A stretch of DNA of 38,916 bases from Babesia bigemina. Lineage: Eukaryota. The notes beneath the pieces were generated by a model, which worked only from the letters and a program-made list of their open reading frames with translations, ran no database searches and was not told where the DNA came from. The position numbers were made by a program, and so were the translations under genes. Where the stretch lies: contig NW_012237200.1 in NCBI RefSeq assembly GCF_000981445.1, forward strand, positions 1 to 38,916, read 5' to 3'. This document shows, piece after piece, positions 21,201 to 30,227 of this stretch (positions are counted from its first letter, which is position 1; the number at the start of each line of letters is the position of its first letter).

Positions 21201-23620
21201 GCTTGGAGGGTATCTGCGTTAGCTTCGCCGCGTATTACGGGTTTGCCGATTCTCAGGTCTATGAAATTTTCCAGCTTGGCGTTAACAATGTTAGTTGTTT
21301 CTTTGACTGCGTCGCTTAGTGCTTTGAGATTGGATTGAATACCGGAAGACAGGTTGCTCAGACCGGTTTCAATGTAGCCGAGGTCGATAGAATTCGCGTA
21401 TGTATCGATGGCCTCGACATATTTGTCAACGTAAGCGGCGATTGTCGTGCTGTCAGTTGTGCCATTTTGTAGCGCCTGTTCAAACTGACCGTTTAGTTTC
21501 TTAATTTCTCTACGCACATCTTCAAGCGCCTTTGTGATTGATGCGCCAAATGTCTTCTGCGTCTTGCCGTCGAATTGTTGGCCAATAAGTTCGACCTGCT
21601 TAATAGCTGCTGGCAAATTTGTGCCGAGGTTTGTATCTTTGGTGGCGAATGATTCGAGCTGCTCAGCAAGTCTTTCTGCCGTGTGTTTCAGAGCAGACAG
21701 AGCGGCATGTACAGCGAAGGTGAGAAAGTATGGCTTATAAGTACCACCACCATTATAAGGTACTAATTCCCTCTGGAGTTTCACAGATTCGGAGACCTGC
21801 GAAACTACGTCGCCTTGCTTACCCATTACTTCTTCGGAGAGCCTAGTGAGATATTTTTTAACATATGATAACTTGTCTTCCACAGTAGATGGAATGGAGT
21901 AGTAGCTTGTTTCGGGCTGTATGTCTTTGAGGTGCTCCGTTATTTGCTCCTTAAGAATTGGAATGACACAGTCACGCATAGCATCAGTGCCTCTTACACT
22001 CAGACTACCTGTGAAATAACGGTATTCTTCGTTCTGTCTCACATACTCTTTAAGTAACCCCTTCACTGCTTCACTTTTGACTATCTCAGCCACCCATCCA
22101 CCAACCGTTTTTTCTAACACATTTGCTCCTTTCGCGTCATTAAACAATGCCGCGTACGCCTTCAGTCCCTTATCTACTTTGCCAAGATAATTCATTTTTC
22201 CTGTGGATGATTCTTCATATATATCCCCAACGAGCCTCGTTATTTTGTCCTTCAGTGCATCCCAATTTTGCTGTATACTTATATCGCTACCGCGGATAGC
22301 ACCCAATTTGGATTCACCAACGTACCCCTCGATTGTACCCATCTTATCTTCGAGATGCGTCATTATCTTTTCAATAGTATTCGGCACATCGGCGCCACCG
22401 TCAGTAAACTGCCTTCCGAGCGACGCAATTGCGCCCTGAACTTCCACGACTTTTTCTTTGACCGCACTTTTAACCACTGCAATCTGAGTGTTCAGCCTTT
22501 CCCTCCACTTCAACAACTCCGTCGCCTTGTCGGCAATCAAATTTGTTTTGCCAGTAAGACTGTCCGTGGTCTCGTTAACGATTCTCTTAACGTCCGTATC
22601 TCTGATTTCGTTAATATACTTTTTTGTCTCATTTATCCACGTCTGCAACTCGATAACGTATTGAGAAAGCTCAGTCGTAATGTCATCTAAATGCTTCTTA
22701 ATGGGCTGAACTTTCATTCTCAAATTGCGGACAAACTCTTTCACATCGTCGCCTATTTTGCAATCAACGCTTACTCTTAGATCACCCAAAGTCTTTTTTA
22801 TTTTTTCATCCGTCTCCCTTAGCTCACTCTGCTGTCTCTCCGACAACTTGCCCAGTCGCTCACTTTCCTGCTTGACGGTCCGCAACGCATCCTTGACTCT
22901 TACCGATAAAGGAGAATGGAGTTCATCGACTGCGTCAGTTACACTCTTGTCGTCTATGTTTAAAGCGTCAGTGAAAACTTTGGCGTAATTTTTGCAGCTG
23001 TCCAACTCCCTGTTGACAGCATCCACAGCCTGCACAACCTTATGAAAATCATTTTCATCTGCCTTCGGCAAAATGCCTTTTAATGCGCCTTTAGTGAACA
23101 ATTTCATCTCAGTCTGAAGCTTTTCCATCTTTTTCTTTATGTTCTCATTCGACGACTTAACTGCCTGGTTGTACCGGTTGACGTTGACAGTCACCATGGG
23201 AAACGCCTTGCAAAAACCATCGTGACCTGAGTTCAAATTTGATTTTAAAGTGCTACTAACTAATGTATTTAAGTATTCCTTACCTGTTTCGTAAGGCTGT
23301 TTCTCGCTGACATCCTTAAGCACCTGATACAAAAATCCCATCACCCCGTCACACAGCCTGTCCAGGTCGGAGTACACAATACCCTTGCCGTCGTAGCCTT
23401 TGGAGTCAGGGTTGAAGCCGAGGAAGGTTTTGAGGCCAGTACAAAGGTTATTAAGGATGTTAGTAGGGTTGTTATTTAAGGTAATTTCGCACATTTTATT
23501 TTCATCAAATTTCTTGCCAAGCTCCCTGAGCGGCACATGGTCAGGGCAGTGGCAAGAGGTGGAAGAGGGGAAGAGAAGGGTGACAGGGCACAAGTTATAG
23601 TCATGGTTTATAGAGGTCAT
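18284..23620 (-). CDS. ves1: ves/VESA-like variant surface antigen, copy 3 (intact, 1778 aa)
   Basis: Uninterrupted ORF from the conserved ATG (MTSINHDYNLCPVTL); GIVYSDLDRLCDGVMGFL motif, Cys-rich C-half, TM (PFLWMNVALWSLSLFYLICVMVG), tail ...AQSLLAASQVGRLAKISYLQP. Confidence 0.88.
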   Translation of the reverse strand: MTSINHDYNLCPVTLLFPSSTSCHCPDHVPLRELGKKFDENKMCEITLNNNPTNILNNLCTGLKTFLGFNPDSKGYDGKGIVYSDLDRLCDGVMGFLYQVLKDVSEKQPYETGKEYLNTLVSSTLKSNLNSGHDGFCKAFPMVTVNVNRYNQAVKSSNENIKKKMEKLQTEMKLFTKGALKGILPKADENDFHKVVQAVDAVNRELDSCKNYAKVFTDALNIDDKSVTDAVDELHSPLSVRVKDALRTVKQESERLGKLSERQQSELRETDEKIKKTLGDLRVSVDCKIGDDVKEFVRNLRMKVQPIKKHLDDITTELSQYVIELQTWINETKKYINEIRDTDVKRIVNETTDSLTGKTNLIADKATELLKWRERLNTQIAVVKSAVKEKVVEVQGAIASLGRQFTDGGADVPNTIEKIMTHLEDKMGTIEGYVGESKLGAIRGSDISIQQNWDALKDKITRLVGDIYEESSTGKMNYLGKVDKGLKAYAALFNDAKGANVLEKTVGGWVAEIVKSEAVKGLLKEYVRQNEEYRYFTGSLSVRGTDAMRDCVIPILKEQITEHLKDIQPETSYYSIPSTVEDKLSYVKKYLTRLSEEVMGKQGDVVSQVSESVKLQRELVPYNGGGTYKPYFLTFAVHAALSALKHTAERLAEQLESFATKDTNLGTNLPAAIKQVELIGQQFDGKTQKTFGASITKALEDVRREIKKLNGQFEQALQNGTTDSTTIAAYVDKYVEAIDTYANSIDLGYIETGLSNLSSGIQSNLKALSDAVKETTNIVNAKLENFIDLRIGKPVIRGEANADTLQAIYDKLDKLQNGPVSEAVKLTNALLDQYLAAAEKHYTKQLTEYVDFQVKDATKQLTTYVHKQYIDTVKLQLEQFSDRVTAQLNGLPGDISRDLTVGFKGFMTAFEKNFITDSRSISGIRHVNPKLTPRIESPLSKAADMVNYSFGSFFVHLENQEDFKRDFSKLQAFKKSLTKLLSGLLKSLHFDHTFSTNLDALNNAVTSFKPATYGDAKCPSLLNALKAGFTPLVEELKKAYVSTYSLRTIEWEKLTEAENRNYAKICWTITPILYDALTELKNRLEYENWNDYQIYHRTDITSSLHALFFRDNGYDVHRPENAEHGELNHRQDFNGSSILKHLTNETHNLFSQRSSPVTGIAPSASGSDALDVTIAEESGLVQKLYDFLQTYFRVCHLTRIEKPRAPCSVYEILVWCCGLQFNPVYEKLKAHIESEFMKEDKQRPGTKTLQPFEAHPSPFQHTHIDEALYKVSSDSHAVLTAILGHGHKDGIYACEFSNNSMKLDYPSNLIQLLCTLFDLLKRLYHQLYFLLQQCRHNAQLSGWRECHYGRYIGGSGWQCNTKQCPKQDCDQRHDQSGSQTSGQYPNCGVKSPLQSFLEDGLKGHLPHSVAARGSSLSCGTCGNTAGMPCRTPMGFADIGAIASHTMIGRNICEVLYYFCGRHNSPLTRLCGYLNCLLPSAPKTLADMFSFYHHLTDRWGMHGNEHKKEAFEEKVNAANFGRSYGEFKVYHLFTPSHSALKKGHSDGSLGSLVCLSRDSVVCGPYLRPISHAIYETFSSEHADKYLSWIVYLTASFYDLLKKLYDECNSKCGSRGSNCHVKACIKECRTTSTTYQPPRYHDRNCKSIVSCNNTLPTLAKYGFVFGDPERLNGSAGIEKKRTCRDFCTVFAEAFEKDSHLVKFFKAIDKFMFTIRAPFLWMNVALWSLSLFYLICVMVGRLDVLHIKSHLRSPSSHKITAQSLLAASQVGRLAKISYLQP

Positions 23621-23644
23621 AGCGATATTATGGCGAAGTAATTC

Positions 23645-26600
23645 GAGCGATGTAGAGTGGATAAAGGGGCGATGTAGAGTGGGTTAAGGAGCGATGTAGA
23701 GTGGGTTAAAGGGCGATGTAGAGTGGGTTAGGGAGCGATGTAGAGTGGGTTAAGGGGCGATGTAGAGTGGGTTAAGGGGCGATGTAGAGTGGATAAAGGG
23801 GCGATGTAGAGTGGATAAAGGGGCGATGTAGAGTGGATAAAGGAGCGATGTAGAGTGGATAAAGGAGCGATGGAGAGTGGGTTAGGGAGCGATGTAGAGT
23901 GGATAAAGGGGCGATGTAGAGTGGATAAAGGGGCGATGTAGAGTGGATAAAGGGGCGATGTAGAGTGGGTTAAGGGGCGATGTGGAGTGGGTTAAGGGGC
24001 GATGTAGAGTGGGTTAGGGAGCGATGTGGAGTGGGTTAAGGGGCGATGTGGAGTTGGTAAAGGAGCGATGTGGAGTGGGTTAAGGGGCGATGTAGAGTGG
24101 GTTAGGGAGCGATGTAGAGTGGGTTAGGGAGCGATGTGGAGTGGGTTAGGGAGCGATGTGGAGTGGGTAAAGGGGCGATGTGGAGTGGATTAAGGGGCGA
24201 TGTAGAGTGGGTAAAGGAGCGATGTGGAGTGGATAGAGGAGCGATGTAGAGTGGATAACAAGGCGATGAGGAGTGGATAAGGGAGCGATGTGGAGTGGGT
24301 AAAGGGGCGATGTAGAGTGGGTTAGGGAGCGATGTAGAGTGGGTTAGGGAACGATGTGGAGTGGGTTAAGGAGCGATGTAGAGTGGGTAAGGGAGCGATG
24401 TAGAGTGGGTTAGGGAGCGATGTAGAGTGGATTAGGGAGCGATGTAGAGTGGGTAAAGGGGCGATGTAGAGTGGGTAAGGGAGCGATGTAGAGTGGATAA
24501 AGGAGCGATGTGGAGTGGATAAAGGGGCGATGTAGAGTGAGTGAAGGCGCGATGTGGAGTGGGTTAAGGAGCGATGTAGAGTGGGTTAAGGGGCGATGTG
24601 GAGTGGGTTAAGGGGCGATGTAGAGTGGATAAGGGAGCGATGTAGAGTGGATTAGGGAGCGATGTAGAGTGGATAAGGGGCGATGTGGAGTGGGTTAAGG
24701 AGCGATGTAGAGTGGGTAAAGGGGTGATGTAGAGTGGGTTAGGGAGCGATGTAGAGTGGGTTAAGGGAGCGATGTAGTGTGGGTTAGGGAGCGATGTAGA
24801 GTGGGTTAGGGAGCGATGTGGAGTGTATTAGGGAGCGATGTAGGGTGGATAAGGGGCGATGTAGAGTGGGTAAAGGGGCGATGTAGAGAGGGTAAAGGGG
24901 CGGTGTGGAGTGGATAAGGGGCGATGTAGAGTGGGTTAGGGAGCGATGTAGAGTGGATAAGGGGCGATGTAGAGTGGGTTAGGGAGCGATGTAGAGTGGA
25001 TAAAGGGGCGATGTAGAGTGGGTTAAGGGGCGATGTAGAGTGGATAAAGGGGCGATGTAGAGTGGATAAAGGGGCGATGTAAGGTGGGTTAGGGAGCGAT
25101 GTAGAGTGGGTTAAGGAGCGATGTAGAGTGGGTTAGGGAGCGATGTAGAGTGGACAAAGGAGCGATGTGGAGTGGGTAAAGGGGCGATGTAGAGTGGGTT
25201 AAGGAGCGATGTACAGTGGATAAAGGGGCGATGTAGAGTGGGTTAGGGGCGATGTAGAGTGGGTTAAGGGGCGATGTGGAGTGGATAAAGGAGCGATGAA
25301 GAGTGGATAAAGGGGCGATGTAGAGTGGGTTAGGGAGCGATGGATAGTGGGTTAAGGGGCGATGTAGAGTGGACAAAGGGGCGATGTAGAGTGGACAAAG
25401 GGGCGTTGTGGAGTGGTTCAAGGGGCGATGTAGAGTGGATAAAGGGGCGATGTAGAGTGGATAAGGGAGCGATGTAGAGTGGATAAGGGAGCGATGTAGA
25501 GTGGATTAAGGGGCGATGTAGAGTGGATAAAGGGGCGATGTAGAGTGGGTTAGGGAGCGATGTAGAGTGGGTAAAGGGGCGATGTAGAGTGGGTTAGGGA
25601 GCGATGTAGTGTGGATAAGGAGCGATGTAGAGTGGGTAAAGGGGCGATGTAGAGTGGATAAAGGGGCGATGTGGAGTGGGTAAAGGGGCGATGTAGAGTG
25701 GATAAAGGGGCGATGTAGAGTGGATAAAGGGGCGATGTAGAGTGGGTAAGGGAGCGATGTAGAGTGGGTTAAGGGGCGATGTAGCGTGGATAAAGGGGCG
25801 ATGTAGAGTGGGTTAGGGAGCGATGTAGAGTGGATAAGGGGCGATGTAGAGTGGGTTAGGGAGCGATGTAGAGTGGGTTAGGGAGCGATGTAGAGTGGAT
25901 AAGGGGCGATGTAGAGTGGGTTGGGGAGCGATGTAGAGTGGATAGAGGAGCGATGTGGAGTGGGTTAAGGGGCGATGTAGAGTGGATAAGGGAGCGATGT
26001 AGAGTGGGTTAAGGGGCGATGTAGGGTGGGTAAAAGAGCGATGTAGAGTGGGTTAGGGAGCGATGTGGAGTGGGTTAGGGAGCGATGTAGAGTGGGTAAG
26101 GGAGCGATTTAGAGTGGATAAAGGAGCGATGTAGAGTGGGTTAAGGGGCGATGTGAGGTGGATAAAGGGGCGATGTAGAGTGGATTAGGGAGCGATGTGG
26201 AGTAGGTAAAGCGGCGATGTAGAGTGGGTTAGGGAGCGATCTGGAGTGGATAAAGGGGCGATGTAGAGTGGGTTAAGGGGCGATGTAGAGTGGACAAAGG
26301 GGCGATGTAGAGTGGGTAAAGGAGCGATGTTAGGTGGATAAGGGAGCGATGTAGAGTGGATTCAGGGGCGATGTAGAGTGGGTAAAGGGGCGATGTAGAG
26401 TGGATAAGGGAGCGATGTAGAGTGGATAAAGGGGCGATGTAGAGTGGGTAGAGGAGCGATGTAGAGTGGATAAAGGGGCGATGTAGAGTGGGTAAAGGGG
26501 CGATGTAGAGTGGATAAAGGAGCGATGTAGAGTGGATAAAGGGGCGATGTAGAGTGGGTAAAGGGGCGATGTAGAGTGGGTAGAGGAGCGATGTAGAGTG

Positions 26601-27989
26601 GGTAGAGGAGCGATGTAGAGTGGATAAGGGAGCGATGTAGAGTGGATAAAGGGGCGATGTAGAGTGGGTTAAGGGGCGATGTAGAGTGGATAAAGGGGCG
26701 ATGTAGAGTGGATAAGGGAGCGATGTAGCGTGGATAAAGGGGCGATGTGGAGTGGATTAGGGAGCGATGTAGAGTGGGTTAGGGAGCGATGTAGAGTGGG
26801 TTAGGGAGCGATGTAGAGTGGGTTAGGGAGCGATGTAGAGTGGGTTAAGGGGCGATGTAGAGTGGATAAAGGGGCGATGTAAGGTGGGTAAAGGGGCGAT
26901 GTAGAGTGGGTTAAGGGGCGATGTAGGGTGGGTTAGGGAGCGATGCAGGGTAGGTTAAGGAGCGATGTAGAGTGGATAGAGGAGCGATGTAAAGTGCGTT
27001 AGGGAGCGATGTGGAGTGGGTTAAGGGGCGATGTAGAGTGGTAAAAGGGGCGATGTAGAGTGGATAAAGGGGAGATGTAGAGTGGATAAGGGAGCGATGT
27101 AGAGTGGATAAAGGGGCGATGTAGAGTGGGTAAAGGGGCGATGTAGAGTGGATTAGGGAGCGATGTAGAGTGGATAAAGGGGCGATGTAGAGTGGGTTAA
27201 GGGGCGATGTAGAGTGGGTTAAGGGGCGATGTAGAGTGGATTAGGGAGCGATGTAGAGTGGGTTAGGGAGCGATGTAGAGTGGATGAAGGGGCGATGTAG
27301 AGTGGATAAAGGGGCGATGTAGAGTGGGTAAAGGGGCGATGTAGAGTGGGTAGAGGAGCGATGTAGAGTGGGTAGAGGAGCGATGTAGAGTGGATAAGGG
27401 AGCGATGTAGAGTGGATAAAGGGGCGATGTAGAGTGGGTTAAGGGGCGATGTAGAGTGGGTTAAGGGGCGATGTAGAGTGGGTTAGGGAGCGATGTAGAG
27501 TGGGTTAAGGGGCGATGTAGAGTGGGTAGAGGAGCGATGTAGAGTGGATAAAGGGGCGATGTAGAGTGGGTAAAGGAGCGATGTAGAGTGGATAAGGGAG
27601 CGATGTGGAGTGGATAAAGGGGCGATGTGGAGTGGATTAGGGAGCGATGTAGAGTGGGTAAGGGAGCGATTAGAGGAGGTTAAGGGGCGATGTAGAGTGG
27701 GTTAGGGGCGATGTGGAGTGGGTTAAAGAGCGATGTGGAGTGGATATAGGGGCGATGTAGAGTGGATAAAGGGGCGATGTAGAGTGGATAAGGGAGCGAT
27801 GTAGCGTGGATAAAGGGGCGATGTGGAGTGGATTAGGGAGCGATGTAGAGTGGGTTAGGGAGCGATGTAGAGTGGGTTAGGGAGCGATGTAGAGTGGGTT
27901 AGGGAGCGATGTAGAGTGGGTTAAGGGGCGATGTAGAGTGGATAAAGGGGCGATGTAGAGTGGATAAGGGAGCGATGTAGAGTGGATAA
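23645..27989. repeat. Satellite A array 3, ~4.3 kb, ~205 units
   Basis: GCGATGTAGAGTGG core at ~21-nt period. Confidence 0.98.
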
Positions 27990-28007
27990 TAATCACCACT
28001 TAGGTCA

Positions 28008-28200
28008 CCACTGTCATCGCTGCCGTGACCATCAACTGTCATCGCTGCCGTGACCATCAACTGTCATCGCTGCCGTGACCATCAACTGTCATCGCTGCCG
28101 TAGCCATGTCATCGCTGCCGTAGCCATGTCACCGCTGCCGTGTTGATGTCATCGCTGCCGTAGCCATGTCACCGCTGCCGTGACCATGTCATCGCTGCCG
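28008..28200. repeat. Satellite B array (20-bp with 23-bp ATCAAC variants)
   Basis: TGTCATCGCTGCCGT repeats. Confidence 0.93.
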
Positions 28201-28209
28201 GAACCTTTA

Positions 28210-28400
28210 ACTTGGTCAGGTGCTTGGTCAACACGTTGGTCAGGTGCTAGGTCATTACATTGGTTATGGCATTGGTCAACACTCTGGTCATGGCATTGGT
28301 CAGCACGTTGGTCACCACTTTGGTCATCACTTTGGTCAGCACGTTGGTCAGCACTTTGGTCAGCACTTTGGTCAGCACTTTGGTCACCACATTGGTCAGC
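28210..28400. repeat. Satellite C array (12-bp)
   Basis: TTGGTC every 12 nt. Confidence 0.93.
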
Positions 28401-28705
28401 ACTGTCATCGCTGCCGTCACCATGTCATCGCTGCCGTGACCATCAGCTGTCATCGCTGCCTTAACCATGTCATCGCTGCCGTGACAAGTCATCGCTGCCG
28501 TAACCATGTCATCGCTGCCGTGACCATGTCATCGCTGCCGTGACCAAGACATCGCTGCCGTGACCATGTCATCGCTGCCGTGACCATGTCATCGCCGCCG
28601 TGACCATGTCATCGCTGCCGTGTCCATGTCATCGCTGCCGTAACCATGTCACCTCTGCCGTACCATGTCACCGCTGCCGTGACCATGACATCGCTGCCGT
28701 AACTA
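28401..28705. repeat. Satellite B array (20-bp)
   Basis: TGTCATCGCTGCCGTGACCA repeats. Confidence 0.93.
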
Positions 28706-28708
28706 TCA

Positions 28709-28902
28709 ACTTAGTCAGCACTTTGGTCAGCACATTGGTCACCACGTTGGTCAACACTTTGGGCAGCATCTTGGTCTGCACATTGGTCAGCACTCTGGTC
28801 GTGGCATTGGTCAGCACATTGGTTAACACGTTGGTCATGGCATTGGTCAGCACCTTGGTCAACACATTGGTCAGCTGTTTGGTCACCACTTTGGTCAACA
28901 CT
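28709..28902. repeat. Satellite C array (12-bp)
   Basis: TTGGTC every 12 nt. Confidence 0.93.
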
Positions 28903-30083
28903 TTGCCTGGGTGCTAGATTAACACGTTACCAATGTGCTTGCTTAGCACTTTGCCTGGTTGCTAGCTTAGCACTTTGCCTGGGTGCTTGCTTAGCACTTT
29001 GCCTGGGTGCTAGGTCAACACTTTGCCTGGGTGCTAGGTTAACACGTTGCTTGTGTGCTAGGTTCACACTTTGCCTGGATGTTAGCTTAGCACTTTGCCT
29101 GGCTGCTAGGTTAGCACTTTGCTTGGGTGCACGGTTAACACGTTGCCTGGGTGCACGGTTAACACGTTGCCTGGGTGCTTGCTTAGCACTTTGCCTGGCT
29201 GCTAGGTCACCACTTTGCCTGGGTGCTAGCTTACCACTTTGCCTGGGTGCCAGCTTAAACTTAGCCTGTGTGCTAGCTTAGCACTTTGCCTGGGTGCCAC
29301 CTTAGCACTTTGCCTGGCTGCTAGCTTAGCACATTGCCTTCTTGCTAGGTCAACACGTTGCCTGGGTGCTAGCTTAGCACTTTGCCTGGTTGCTAGGTTA
29401 ACACGTTGCCTTCGTGCTAGGTTAACACTTTGCTTGTGTGCCAGCTTAGCACTTAGCTTGTGTGCTACCTTACCACTTTGCCTGGGTGATAGCTTAGCAC
29501 TTTGCCTGGGTGATAGCTTAGCACTTTGCCTGGTTGCTAGGTAAACACTTTGCCTGGTTGCTAGGTATACACTTTGCCTGGGTGCCAGCTTAGCACTTTG
29601 CCTGGTTGCTAGGTTAACACGTTGCCTTCGTGCTAGGTTAACACTTTGCCTGGCTGCCAGCTTACCACTTTGCTTGCGTGCTAGGTTAACACTTTGCCTG
29701 GTTGCTAGGTTAGCACTTTGCCTGGTTGCTTGCTTACCACTTTGCCTGGATGCTAGCTTACCACTTTGCCTGAGTGCTAGCTTAGCACTTTGCCTGGTTG
29801 CTAGCTTAGCACGTTGCTTGGATGCCAGCTTACCACGTTGCCTGGGTGCTAGCTTAGCACTTTGCCTGGGTGCTAGGTTACCACTTTGCCTGGGTGCTAG
29901 GTCAACACTTAGCTTGCGTGCTAGGTTACCACTTTGCCTGGGTGCTAGCTCAGCACTTTGCCTGGTTGCTAGGTTAGCACTTTGCCTGGGTGCTAGGTTA
30001 CCACTTTGCCTGGGTGCTACTTTAACACTTTGCCTGTGTGCTAGGTTAACACTTTGCCTGTGTGCTAGGTTAACACGTTGCAT
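28903..30083. repeat. Satellite D array 3 (24-bp), ~49 units; minus-strand ORF 29226..30083 MQRVNLAHRQS... (285 aa)
   Basis: 24-nt periodicity; ATG at 30083, 145 nt after the copy 4 stop. The ORF leaves the repeat frame at a 1-bp deletion near 29257 (AGCTTAAACTT). Confidence 0.93.
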
Positions 30084-30227
30084 TGTCGTCTAGTCATCAC
30101 CTGATTCAGGTGCCATTTAGTTCACAGGTTGCCGCTAGAGTAATTCAAGACATTAGACTACGTTTGTCGGTTAGGTGAGTAGGTGAGCTATGGTAAGTGC
30201 GTGTAGTAATTACAAACGTGAATACGA

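Noticed and set aside
23645..27989. Constant core + variable linker pattern resembling a CRISPR array
   Set aside because: Linkers are only ~7 nt, drawn from a handful of related variants, not unique spacers; no cas genes; eukaryotic context
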